From: Babesia bigemina
Taxonomy: Eukaryota
Reading direction: 5' to 3'
DNA: 64,000 nucleotides
Assembly: GCF_000981445.1 (NCBI RefSeq)
Contig: NC_027216.1
Coordinates: 1,302,001-1,366,000 of the forward strand
Of the stretch, positions 13,050-25,088 are shown one piece after another. The position numbers and the translations under genes are program-made. The notes beneath the pieces are model-generated. The model saw only the letters and a list, made by a program, of their open reading frames with translations, did not search any database and was not told the DNA's origin. Each line of letters starts with the position of its first letter. Position 1 is the stretch's first letter.

Positions 13050-13882
13050 AGGCACCTATTGACCACGGCTAGCTCACCGCAGTATTACATGAAATAGAAT
13101 TTGGTTACCGCGCCCGGTAGTTTGAAAGTAACGAGCCCCGAGTAAAACCGTACACCGTCAATACTTTGTGTGGCCTGGAATAAACGGAGTCTGCCAATTT
13201 GAAGCAGGCAACAAAACGAATTTTCACAGCGAAATGGTGAGCGTAGTGTGTATCTATGTAAGGCTGGTGATGGTCGTTACTTCGGCGTGGCCAGGTACGC
13301 CCCTTCGGTGGAGAATATGAGTGTCCACACGCTGACTTATCGCGATCCAATGCGTATTGCATAAAGTAATACGCTCTAATTGTACATAATACTACCAATT
13401 TGGCGCAAAAGTTCGTCGCTATAAAACGTAGTCGACTATATACAAAACGATGATGTCGACACACAACGTAACAGCTGCGAAGCGAACTGCCGAACTCAAC
13501 TAGGGCCATCGGTGCCGCAGTGTACATCTATTAGCATCTTGTTGTTGTACGTATTCGATTTAATGAATGCGCAAAAACAAGTGCTTCACATACGTTCAAG
13601 CGACAGCATGGAATGCAGGACAGCAATATGGTGCAATATTTCGGCAGTAGCGCAAAGTTTAAGGGTACATACGGCATATTTCTAACGCCGTCACGATGTG
13701 TCGCGTCAACGTGTCGCAATTCGATCGTAGATATAACGCCAGCATCGATCGGACGCGACGCCACGACAGTCGCATAAACACGATCGCGTTGCGGAACGCC
13801 CTAGTTACGTAACCACCTCATGTAGGGCAATCTAGCTACCGCATATGAGACAAGACTTAGCTTAAGAGGAAAGGTTTTAAAA

Positions 13883-15934
13883 ATGGAACTCAGTCGCGAA
13901 TATGCGGCCTCACGTCGGCCGAGCAGATTGCGGGATCATTTTGTTTCCTCGGCACAAAGCGAACCATCGGAGCATGTGCAGGACAGATTCGGTCGTCACA
14001 CAACGGGTCGAGGTTATTATAGCGCGCAAGAAAGGGCACACCGCGATACTCCTAGGCGAGATTATAGTAGACGGTATAGAAGTTACGATTACGAAGATTC
14101 CTATGCAAAGCACTACGACAGGACGTATATATATGCAAGGAGGGCTGTATATAACCATGAGTATGGAGAATATAACATGCGGCCGAAGCCGACGCCTATA
14201 CCGATTACGACATCGCGAGATAATGGTTATGTTGGCAATAGGGTACGAAGCACACCCCAGGCAGAGAGAGAAGACACCAATTTCGCTCATAATAATATCA
14301 TGGTTGGTTCTAGAAGTACCAGAAGAGCGACATCGAGGTGGTCTGATGTGCTCGCGGATCCAAAACACTCAAACGAAGCCGACGATAAAATGCAGCTGAG
14401 ATACAGTTATAAACGCAGGCCACTGAATGAGCCTGTAAAACCAATAATGAACGATCCTGTGCCTGTAGATTCCACTGCAGATGAGACTGCAGCAACTTTG
14501 GTGCGTGTTAGGCCGTTATCGCCGCGCATTTCTAAAAGGCGTGCCGCCTCGCTGCGGGTAGACGAGGAACCGCAAGCTACAGAACTTTATGTGGGGGAAC
14601 ACATGGTTACAGATAACGAAATTAGCGCTGTAGATGATGGCATTCACGCGCCTCCGGACTATGTTCCAGTGAATTTACCGGAGACGCCTCAAACACACAC
14701 TCCGGAGGGGGGCGACGTTGTGGAGAACACCGTCATAAAAGCCGAATTTCGGACCACTAATAATAATTCACCAATAAAGCGTAAGAGAGGAAGGCCAAAA
14801 GGCGTCCGAGAGACGGCTGTGCATGCTTCTCCAACCCCTAAGAAGGAAAAGGTGAAAAGTGCGATGGCGGGGAATGACGGGCCAGTGGTTACACCGGTTC
14901 CAAAGCGGACTAGTGCTAGAATACGGTCACATAATGCGACATCGTCTTACGCCAATGACGACCATCTGGCCGGCGACACGTACGAGGAACAGCTACAAAA
15001 AGCAATCGCCATGTCAATCATAGAAGTAGACAACAAGCCTAGCGATGTGGATAAAACACAACCAGATGATGGCGATCTTTCTGTGGATAGCAATGATAAG
15101 GACCAGGAAAGCAGCATTGCGGTTGTCGACGACGATAGTGGAGATCAAGATTACGTGCCCGATACTCCCACAACAGCTGCGAAGAAAGCAGCTGCGAAAA
15201 TAAAACGCAAATACGCAACCAAAACAACTGCAAAAACCGCAGTTGCGAAAATCAGTGGCAAGGTTCGTAATGTAAAGCGCGTCAAAGAAGCAAACGACGT
15301 TGAACCCGGTATAGTGCAGGAGAAGGAACTTCCACTACCAGATTCCACAAATGAAGAGGTCACAGTTGTCAATGGTGGGTCTGAAAGCTCTAGGATGCTG
15401 CTTTTTGAAGAGTATTTGGAGATGAGTGAACGTATGTACTGTGGAAAGCCTTTGTGTGTCAGGGAGAAGCACGATTCCGCGGAAAAGAAAATGGAAAGTG
15501 CCACTGAACCAGATGAGTCCAGCGATGAGGAAGCGTCGGAAATAAAACGATGTGTCGACAGGTCGATTTCACCGACAAAAGCGCTGCGGCCGTGTATCCC
15601 AAAGAGCATTCACAGCAATGCGAACACATCGGATAACATACCCGATAACTGTGGTAGCGATGACCCCTTTGAATTCCAATGTTCGAAGCTGAGCCTTAGG
15701 TTCAGGGTTTCATTCGCAATGCTCACTTCGGACTTACGGCAAGAGCAAATGTTGGATCTTTGGGGGCCCAAAGAGATTGTTCTTTTTGAATTAGGCATGT
15801 TCAAGCACGGTAAAGAGTTCCACGAAATTCAGCGAAACATACCGACTAAGACAGTTCAGGAGATAGTGGATATGTATTACTTCTGGAAGAAAACGAACCG
15901 TTATAAATTGTGGAAGGCAAACAGACAATACTAA
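13883..15934 (+). CDS. Chromatin-associated protein with C-terminal SANT/Myb domain, AT-hook and UIM-like motif
   Basis: C-terminal WGPKEIVLFELGMFKHGKEFHEIQRNIPTKTVQEIVDMYYFWKK (MTA/RERE-type SANT); KRKRGRPKG AT-hook; EEQLQKAIAMS UIM-like motif. Single 683-aa ORF. Confidence 0.8.
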   Translation: MELSREYAASRRPSRLRDHFVSSAQSEPSEHVQDRFGRHTTGRGYYSAQERAHRDTPRRDYSRRYRSYDYEDSYAKHYDRTYIYARRAVYNHEYGEYNMRPKPTPIPITTSRDNGYVGNRVRSTPQAEREDTNFAHNNIMVGSRSTRRATSRWSDVLADPKHSNEADDKMQLRYSYKRRPLNEPVKPIMNDPVPVDSTADETAATLVRVRPLSPRISKRRAASLRVDEEPQATELYVGEHMVTDNEISAVDDGIHAPPDYVPVNLPETPQTHTPEGGDVVENTVIKAEFRTTNNNSPIKRKRGRPKGVRETAVHASPTPKKEKVKSAMAGNDGPVVTPVPKRTSARIRSHNATSSYANDDHLAGDTYEEQLQKAIAMSIIEVDNKPSDVDKTQPDDGDLSVDSNDKDQESSIAVVDDDSGDQDYVPDTPTTAAKKAAAKIKRKYATKTTAKTAVAKISGKVRNVKRVKEANDVEPGIVQEKELPLPDSTNEEVTVVNGGSESSRMLLFEEYLEMSERMYCGKPLCVREKHDSAEKKMESATEPDESSDEEASEIKRCVDRSISPTKALRPCIPKSIHSNANTSDNIPDNCGSDDPFEFQCSKLSLRFRVSFAMLTSDLRQEQMLDLWGPKEIVLFELGMFKHGKEFHEIQRNIPTKTVQEIVDMYYFWKKTNRYKLWKANRQY

Positions 15935-16190
15935 CTTAGCTGTGTAGCCACGCGCACATCCAACTTCAGGCACGAAAACAGTAGCCAAAGCAACCTAAAT
16001 TGCTTACAAATATTAATGATTAGCTTTTTATCACAGGTGTTACGCGCAGTTGCATCTTCCATGTGTTTATTAGTTGTGGTTTCACCTTGTCTCTGCCGCG
16101 AGCAGCTTGCCCGCGCCGAAAAATAGGTCCAATGTGCCGGTCGATGAATCTCGATTCTGTGTTATAATATGACTTTTGGACTATTGCGGT

Positions 16191-18893
16191 ATGGATCGCC
16201 ATAAAGAATGTGAACGCGTTTTGAAAACAGCGGCCGTACAGCAGTGTAAGGAACGCGGAAATCTCATAAGGCAAGACTTTGTTACTATCGCTACCGTTAC
16301 CGCGGAAGATGTGTTACCAGTGAACGATGCTGGCGAGTTTGTTAGGCAAATAATCTCCGACAACGCCGCGGTGGACAAAGCGGTGTTGAGAGGAGCCTGT
16401 AGTATTCTGCTTGACACCCTGGCACTCATCAAACACAAGAAGGAGCAGTCTTCCAGCAATGATAACACCGCTTTCGACAATAAAAGCACATTAGCATTTG
16501 TATCAGGTGCTATCAAAGGACAGCCATTCCAAGAAAACAGCGTTTCTGCAAACCTATGTTAGTTACATGCGATAGTTTTGCCTGAAAATACGTTTGTACA
16601 GGTCATATAGTGGATCGGAACGGCAATTCGTGTTTTGAAGATCGTGATGATGGAGCTGTGTTCAACGATTTTGACGATGGATTCTACGAGCTGAATGTAC
16701 TTCAGGACGATGTTGTGGAATCATCAAGCGACGCCAGCGCCTCTGATGACGATCAGGAGGTGATGAATACGTACATAACGTCGTATAGAAACAGATACGG
16801 CAATCAAGCGCTTACTGTGCTCTCAGACAACGGTTCAACGAAGAAAACGCATCAGGGGGGGATATTAATAGATGAGACTGCCAAAATTCCGAGAAACTTG
16901 CATATGCAACAACTATTCGGCGTGACCGGTCAAACACATGCGGATATTGTTTCTAATGCGTTTGAACCATACTATGATCATGGAATAGTCTCAAATCCGT
17001 CTACTAGAGAGAATGGTGTGACGCACTACGTCGGTGGGATGTATCCCCCGCTTCACACCTACTACTCGAAGGATGATAAGGGCAGGACGTCCGCCGTGGG
17101 TTTAGTTTCTCAAAATTGTCTGAGAAGAACATTTTCCCCAAAAAAACAAAACTTTGCCGATCGACTGCTTCAACAAAGTAAACAGAACAAATCCGGCGCT
17201 ATGCCTTTTGCGCTGTTGGCTAGAGATGCAGAACGTGGTAATAACGGCAAGGACGCCTTATTGATAAACGAAACTGTTATAAGACATCACGCGTCACCGA
17301 TTGCTGCTCCGTAAGTGAAATCGAAAGTTCGCAATAATGGCCTGCAGGATCGAGCACGTTGCATTCATAGGGAAGGATAAGATCAGAACTTTCAAATGCA
17401 ACATTTACACCGCGCGAATACTCCCAAATATGGTGGCGCAGCAACAGGAAGTGGTACGTTATGATTATTGTAATTTAAATGATACCCAGTGCTCATCGCT
17501 GTTTACCTCGGAGGTTTCACAAGGACGCATGCTATCAAGAATGGTTCAAAAACTAATGCGGTACGAATACGTTAATAGTGGCACAGCCGCTATGTGGCGG
17601 GGCTCTACGGATGCCATTGCAAAGGTAGGGTTTTACAGGTGTGCCACATATGAATCAGGCCATTTCTAACATCGAATGGGGTTGCCTCTGGCAGGACTGG
17701 AATTATTTCTCCGGTGGGCTTTTAACTGAAATTGATATGCAGCGTATCAAACAGCATCTGATGCTTTTGACTGAGCGTGGTATCACTGACAAAACAACAA
17801 TTCTCAGAAACGTATGCAGCGAGTTTGCTGCTCACTTAAGCAAAACCAAAGAAGCGAACGTACAGGGGGCGTCGAATGTCACGGAAACTATGCAGCAAAT
17901 CGTATCAAAATATATCGCAGAGGTCCTCGCTGCATTCGATGAACGATATTGCGATCTGAGAAATATCATTTACATGGACCTTAGGTCCATAAACAACCGA
18001 GGATTCCAACAGACGGTTACATCTATTCTGGAGTCCAAAGGAATTGATGACGGATTGAAAGCAGGCTCGCATATAAAGGAGTCGGTGGTGTACGTAGACA
18101 GGGAGATTGAAACTAAGATGAGGCTCGAGCTACTACCAACGCACCGAGCAGAAGCTGCGGATCTCCTGTCTTTGACCAGTGTAGACGAGATTGTTGGTGA
18201 GGATATTATGCAAAACCCCGATTTATCGGGAGAGCCTTTCTTGAATATGCTGTCGCTTCCCCAACATCCTGCAGCGAACGCGAGACAACTCAACATCACG
18301 AGCACTGCCTTGGACTTGTGCAAGAAGTGTTTCGAAGGGTACAAGAATGGCAGTTTTTGTCTAGAAAAAAACAAAACTGCGAAGGGACTCACGGTGCTAA
18401 ACTCGCTCGTAACGTTGCTAAAGAATTATGAAAAACCATTTTCTGGTGCAAGGAATCTGCGGGATTTTCTGGGAGCGGCACACTGGTAAGTCGACACTGT
18501 GGCAACAATAGTAGTTTCAGGGTACCTGATGAAATCGCCACGTGGATACTCAGCGCCTTCTATGAAAGGGCACCTTCAAACGATTACATCATAAATTCGA
18601 AGGGATTGCAGAAGCTCATGTGCTACATCCTGTGGTTATCCATTTATCTGGCAGGTGGCAGCTACACTTATAATTTCACGGCACTGAAGAACGTGGACTT
18701 AAAAACCAAGAGGAGGTTGTATCCCATATTCGACAAATGCGTTCACATTGCAGGGCTCGTCGCAACCAGCGCAGCTAAATCTACCGCGTACACCATAGAG
18801 CTTCCTCTTAAGTGTATACCCAAAACCAACACGAGTGCGTTCGGTGGACTTACAAATAGTATCACATCGTACGGAAAACGTTCGAGAAGGTAA
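16191..18893 (+). CDS. Hypothetical protein, multi-exon (weak resemblance to Sec1/SCFD2-like proteins)
   Basis: Consecutive + strand ORFs (128, 234, 110, 282, 95 aa) separated by short GT-AG introns. No firm motif; VVYVDR...DLLS is only loosely Sec1-like. Confidence 0.6.
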
Positions 18894-19637
18894 AGGTGAG
18901 GAAGAAAGCGCAAAGGCGGTGTATAGTGCCAAGATTTGAGCGTGTGCCCCTAGTACATACAGACATTTGAGGCAGCCTCTCTAATGAGTAAAAATGTTAG
19001 TATTATGACCGTGACGTTTTAAAGACTCGTAATATGAATCGTATGAGGTCAAAACCCGTACGCCTCCACTGTTGCGTTCGTGTTGTAAACATGCCATGAT
19101 CATAAACCACAGTACCGTCCTGAAATTTTGACTTCTATAACTCATTCGTCTGGTGCCAACATCAACATGTTTTAACATATGGACGTCGCGTAGAATCTCA
19201 AATGATGAAGCACACATTGGAATGATGAGCGGTTGCTGCAACACACTAAGCTGAATCTCACTGATACTAGCGAATAATGTCACCCGATGAATTGAAAAAT
19301 TATTAGCCTTTGTTTGAACCAACAAGACACCAGCCGTATTCTTTAAAAATATTGTCATTCCATTGCTTCGAGATTCTATCTCTACATAACCCAAATAGCA
19401 AAAAATACAGGCATTGAAGGATAGTAATAAGGTGTCAGCTGTTTTTTCATAATGTTTCTCATGCTGCAATATGCCGATAGTCTCATTTTTGATTTGTTTG
19501 TTGCAAAGCGGTTTTTTGCTAAACGTCGACGTGACAGCCTTCTCGTATCCAGGTATGCGTTGAATCTTTTGTGTTGAACGACCATTATCAACCGAACTTA
19601 ATGCTTATAGTGATTCTTATAACGGTAAATATCAACA

Positions 19638-20778
19638 ATGTCATTACATCGTTTTCTACCACTCATTCATAAGTACAACACGTAGCCTGCTTTTACTTAC
19701 TTGTGGTTGCGCGTATATTTAATACTACGGAGTGCACGCTAAACTTTGGATTAGGTGGTTTGTTGTATACGTATTCCTTGCAGTGTTTTGTTTTTCTAAA
19801 AAGATTTCAGGTCAGAACGATGTGAGATGCTATAGCTGGATGCATTCACCATCTTTCAGGAACTGCGACGTTTTTTATCGGTTCAGTCGAGCCAATATGG
19901 CGTGCGAAACAAGTACACGTCGTTGTATGCCAGGAATGCGATCGTGTTATAGGAACAACATTATACAGATGTATAAACCTAAACATATTAACCTTTCAGA
20001 ACTCACATCACAAGAAAAAAGAAAAGCTAGGGATGACATACTTGAAGGGGGGAATGAAAAACTTATAAAACAACTTTTGAGCCAGATCCCACTAGCCACC
20101 CTCTTCAAACGAGCGGAAACCAGACGATTGGAGCCTGTCAAGGATTTGCGCAGATATCCAGAACGTACTGTTCGCACTGGAATTGCGGATGTGGAAGAAA
20201 ACGTTGTGGATGATACGGAAGAAACGGACGTTGAAGAGCCCACACATATAAACAAAATTCGTGCTTCAAACTTCGTACTTCACAAGGGTGATGTCCACCT
20301 AATTCTAGCGTCGCAGCACGTATCTCAAGCCAGGTCTAGAGGACATTATAAAGTAAAAATGCGGAACTTGATAAATAATAAGGAGATATCGCATTCGTTC
20401 GCAGATGGGACGAAATTGAGCGTCATAACACCAAATAAGGTTTCGTGTACTTACAAGGGAGTAGACGAACGATCCGGGGACCACCGATTCCAAAGTGAAG
20501 GTTTCGAGATACTAGTCCCAAAGAATTCATCGCTGGAGAAATTGAAGTACCTCAAACTAGAGTTAAAGGTTACCCTATCTAGATGGAGGGGACAAATTAT
20601 CGGGTTATTGGTTCCTCACCAAATACAGTATAAGGTAACAGATGTTAACCCAGGCAACTATGCTGCGACGCTGGAAAATGGTATGGTGGTGCTCGTACCA
20701 TCGTACATTAAGCGAGGAGACAGTGTTGACATAAACACTGCAAAAGGAGAATTTCTGAGACGGTCGATAATAGGTTGA
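19638..20778 (+). CDS. efp: Elongation factor P, organellar (apicoplast-type bipartite leader)
   Basis: C-terminal NKIRASN...QHVSQARSRGHYKVKMRNL...ATLENGMVVLVPSYIKRGDSVDINTAKGEFLRR matches the EF-P fold. Predicted ATG 19638 with intron 19673-19754 gives signal peptide MSLHRFLPLIHKWFVVYVFLAVFCFS. Confidence 0.85.
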
Positions 20779-21793
20779 AAGTCAGATGAAACCTGTAGAA
20801 ATAATACACGGTATAAATGATTTATGTTTATATAACGCCATTATACCAACACTCTGATCGTTATTAACTCTCTTCTCTATTGCCAGCGTAAGCATGAGGG
20901 TTTACATTGGTCACTACATTTATTAAATTCAATCTGCCAACATCACTGCGTGCGGCGAAGTAGTTGGGTAACTTCGCCTTCGTGTAACCTTACTTTAGTT
21001 CGTGAAGGTAAAATTTTCCTGTCAAAATATCGTGTTATTTTTATTATTATGTTATCATTTTATAGTGTGCTATGTGGCTATGTGCCTAGGGCCGATTTTC
21101 GATTTTGCTGGGCTGCCGCCTCACGCTGTTGTTGGATGCGTGATTCCCGTCGGTACGTTGCCGAACGCAACCGGTGCCATCCATTCGGGCATCCATCCAG
21201 TTTGGGCTTGAGGGTCTTCTACGGAATCGTAGTCTTCTCTCGGTTTCATGTCCCTCATCACTATTTTATGTGTTTCTTGGATCACTACCCGTTGTATGTG
21301 AGACTCCATGCGATCCGACATGCCCAAGTCGCGTCTACACTTGCTGTGCTCCTTTGTCACTATTCCCTCCCACGTCATAACGTAGGGGGACAACAAGGAT
21401 CGCGGTTTTCTGCTCAAACTGTCACGTCATAGGGTCCTCCAGGTCCTTTCACTTCACCATCTTGTATCTATGTGTCCCTGCAAAATGTCTTGGTTGATAA
21501 TTGCAATTGGCACATTGGCGATTGTACTCCCGAGGAATCCAGATGGAGTATCAAATATTTCTAGCGCTTTCCGAGGTGACGGGGTCACAGCAGTTATTCC
21601 TACATCTCGGCCACTAATACTCTGACTACAGTTCTAATACGATATCTACAAGGTTGTTTACTAGGTAGGTCGGTTAGCATCTTTACAACAATGGGCTGTA
21701 GACACTATACAATGGAGGAGTAGACATCAACGTATAATTAACAAATTTATTGAAAGAATAACTCCTTGGCTACATGAATAAACAAAACGCCTA

Positions 21794-23062
21794 TCAAATG
21801 AAGCTAGCAGCGTTCAAGTTCGCCACTGTTGGTGCACCCGGATAATAAATGTTGTCCGATCCTAGCCCAGTAAGTGTTTTGACAGGCTTCTTACCCTTTC
21901 TGAAATTCCAGGCATTCACCAAACCCATATCAATGTCAACCCCGGGTATTCCGTATACTTCCCTGCTGCCCATGTAGAATTTGCGAGTCTTTACAGGTTT
22001 TACATGTTCTACGTGTTGTAACTCTGCCACATCTCTTAAGGTATATAGAGGTTCTTCAACGTTTACAGCATTTACAGGTTCTGATGCTTTGACAGCATGC
22101 ACAGGTTCTTCAACGTTTACAGCATTTACAGGTTCTGACGCTTTGACTGAATATACAGGTTCTTCAACGTTTGCAGCATTCACCGGTTCCTCACCGCTTA
22201 CGTCGTCTACAGGTTCTTCCACCTCTACGGGTTCCATAACTTCTTCAACGCCATCAGATATTCCAGCTTCTATATCGTTTGCAGTTACCACATTTTGTGA
22301 TCCATAGAAAGCCCAGAATCCACCGATGTCGTAAATTTTGTCCAATATATACGGATGCACATCATTGGACGCACTGCGTATATCTGAACTGCTTATACTA
22401 ATGTTACAACCTGGCTCCTCGTATCCCACGGCCTTCAACACGTCTTTCAAACCCATCTCCTCGCTAGAATTCCGACCGTTTCGAATGGCAGCTCTTGCGG
22501 AATCCCACACATAACGTAGACCTGTGTATAGCATTGGTGCGATTCCAACGAAGACCACTGCGCAAACCTGCGGCCGCTTTCCGCATGATGCCACCCAAGT
22601 CGCTTCTGAAGTGTAAGCAGACTTATACTGATCGGGGATTTTCACCTTTTCCAATAACTTTTCAAAGCCATCTACAACATCATTTACATTCTCTACCATG
22701 TGTTTAGCAGTGATACCCGCTGTTTGTATGATGTTCTCATAATCGCTATGGTAATTAGCAGTTTGACGCTTCAACCACATATGTCTGGTTTTATTCATAG
22801 GCCCATCGAATTTATCTAGCATGTCTTTTACGTACCACAGGTCTTTAAAACGCGGCTTTTGCAAGAACTCCTTAGAAACGCTCTTTATTTTCTCAAGCGT
22901 TGGCACCTTCATGCTACCAACAGGCTTGTCTGCGAGAAATTTGTGAACTGCCTCACCTAAAGCCTTCAGGTTCTTTTCAGCATCAGTTCCCTTCACGGCC
23001 ATCAACCAATCAATACCCTCCTTGAGGTTGTGAGGAGCTTCAGTCAACGACTTGTACACCAT
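21794..23062 (-). CDS. Short ves/VESA1-family (ves2-like) variant surface antigen-related protein with acidic C-terminal repeats
   Basis: The N-terminus MVYKSLTEAPHNLKEGIDWL and internal YKSAYTSEATW...CAVVFVGIAPMLY are Babesia ves-family signatures. No C-terminal TM. Confidence 0.85.
   Translation of the reverse strand: MVYKSLTEAPHNLKEGIDWLMAVKGTDAEKNLKALGEAVHKFLADKPVGSMKVPTLEKIKSVSKEFLQKPRFKDLWYVKDMLDKFDGPMNKTRHMWLKRQTANYHSDYENIIQTAGITAKHMVENVNDVVDGFEKLLEKVKIPDQYKSAYTSEATWVASCGKRPQVCAVVFVGIAPMLYTGLRYVWDSARAAIRNGRNSSEEMGLKDVLKAVGYEEPGCNISISSSDIRSASNDVHPYILDKIYDIGGFWAFYGSQNVVTANDIEAGISDGVEEVMEPVEVEEPVDDVSGEEPVNAANVEEPVYSVKASEPVNAVNVEEPVHAVKASEPVNAVNVEEPLYTLRDVAELQHVEHVKPVKTRKFYMGSREVYGIPGVDIDMGLVNAWNFRKGKKPVKTLTGLGSDNIYYPGAPTVANLNAASFI
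22045..22250 (-). repeat. Intragenic tandem repeat, 54-bp period (27-bp sub-period), encoding EEPVxAVKASEPVNAVNV
   Basis: ggttcttcaacgttt recurs at ~22050, 22104 and 22158; degenerate copies extend to ~22250. Confidence 0.9.
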
Positions 23063-24791
23063 TTTGTAATGATGCATTGAATTCTGCAAATGATATACAC
23101 GTATCTAATCTGTGGTTTATTCACAGGTCACGTGGTGATCAGCTGCGTATTAAACTGGCGACCTTCACTTCAGCTGCGCCTTACAGGCGTGTAATCACAA
23201 GAGTGATTCGTCTATCTATTATAGACGCTATTGTATAAGATATAACAAGCTATTGGGATATCAAATGCTTGTGAAATTAAAGTGCGATGGCGACCATGCT
23301 GGCATCGTAGCTCTATCTAGAACATTAACCAGGCATGCAGTATCATCAACGCATGACATTGGTGTGTCCAAGTATCAGGATGGCATGTCAGACACTGAAT
23401 TGTGCACACGTAATATGCGTGCATCGAAGCATACAATCTTGAGAAGGTACCATGGTTTGAGGAGTATGTTAGAGGGTCTTGCCATCCAATAGCTAATACG
23501 TACGAAGATGTGCCAAACTCACTCATAATTACGCATACGCAAAACGTATGGCCTCCAGATGATTAAGGCTACCCGTGGAGTATTACTATGTCTGGAGAGA
23601 CACTTCTGAGACACTGACCAAGATCACCAACTCAGCATCAAGTGCACTGAGAAAATGCAGTGACACGTTTAGTGTTACGACGCAGCACTCCATTGGAATG
23701 TAGGCAGTTGCCAATACAATCGCATTGATGGGTCCACCATAACTGTTTCCGATTTTGCTCCCTTGTGATGCTGAGCTTGGCCTATACATCGCTGTGCAAC
23801 CGTATTTGAGGTACCAGATTTTCGCCTAAAGTGGGCGACATAACTGATTGTTATTGTTACGTGTTCGTAGAATCGGATGGATCCGACGGATATGCGTACC
23901 TTGTTAAGGTTACGCAATTCGTGTCTGGTATGGGCGTTCTGCCATTCACGCTGAAGCACTAACATCTACTAGGCTGAACAACGATCCCAATACACACGAA
24001 AAACCACTTCTATGAGTATCATTCTATGTAGTGTCATTATGCTGACATTAAACGACTTAATCTGATGCAGCTTTTTACATCCCTACCTTGCTGCTGTCGG
24101 AGTCCTCATTGAGGCAAGGGGTGTCGAGAACGTTTCATACCCATCTGACACTAGCCGTGTTTTTCGCACATGTATCACCTTTCTCACACCTAACGTCCCA
24201 TTCTGAATCGCTCTCTAATTTCCTTCCATCCATCCCAGCAAGCTGTAGGCTGCCGCTGCGTAGGGCGGGCACGGGTAACTGTGATTTAGTAATTACCAGT
24301 ATAAGTCACTTCAGCCTCACGAATGGTCATGATGTGAAGTGCTGTGAACACGGAGTGAGCAAATGAACTGCTGTCCAGTTTTATTTTTCTCCAATCGTGT
24401 AGGGTGGCCAAGTGCTCACACGGTAGTTGGTTGATTCAACTGGTGAAGCTACTGAGGTACAATGATCATTGCCGGATTCAATCTCTTGTTGAGTATCTCG
24501 GGCATTGTCTGATTTTCAGGTTGTTATGAGATCACCAACGCAAAACCTTGCACCTTCCCAAAGTGTGCCAGACATACACTACTTGTCTTATGGGACGTGG
24601 CGTAAAATCCCATTACTGGCACGACATGGCATTGCTAACACAAAAATACGATGCCAACTCAGCACCGACAACTATCGCAATCTAAGCAAGTACTATGCAG
24701 CCACTGGAGACATACCAACAAAGGTACCAACATGAATTATGACAATTAAAGTGGTTCATTGCCAAGTGGGTTACCACATCTGTGCTACTTG

Positions 24792-25088
24792 TTACTTGGA
24801 GTAGTAGTTTTCAATCTGGATGGTAGACAGGATGACGCCCTTGATGGTCACGCATTGGCACTCCAACGGCGGGGTCTGGCTCAGAGTCTTCCCTGATCCT
24901 ACGTGTTTGCTGTTGAACTTCAGTGTGACAAAATGTCTGGATGGAACATCGACCAACGACGTGCTGATTTCGCTTAGGTCGTTCACTTAACCCTCCACTA
25001 ACACTTGGTTGAAACACTCAGGTGGGTTGAGGATGTAAGGAGCTGGGCAGTAGAATGCCGCTTGTTTAGCAGCCTTGACATGGCATGT
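24792..25088 (-). pseudogene. Decayed 6-Cys (s48/45 domain) gene remnant
   Basis: One frame reads *TCHVKAAKQAAFYCPAPYILNPPECFNQVLVEG*VNDLSEISTSL...PPLECQCVTIKGVILSTIQIENYYSK*. This is the s48/45 cysteine pattern with an in-frame TAA at 24987-24989 and no intact 5' portion. Confidence 0.8.

Noticed and set aside
21121..21417. 98-aa minus-strand ORF, possible decayed multigene-family fragment
   Set aside because: No ATG start, upstream stops, and no family I can identify with confidence.
22045..22250. Periodic repeats as a CRISPR-like array
   Set aside because: In-frame coding tandem repeat with no unique spacers, in a eukaryotic genome.
24100..24260. Minus-strand peptide SDSEWDVRCEKGDTCAK resembling the ves ATW...C...CA motif
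   Set aside because: Too short and degenerate to support without a search.
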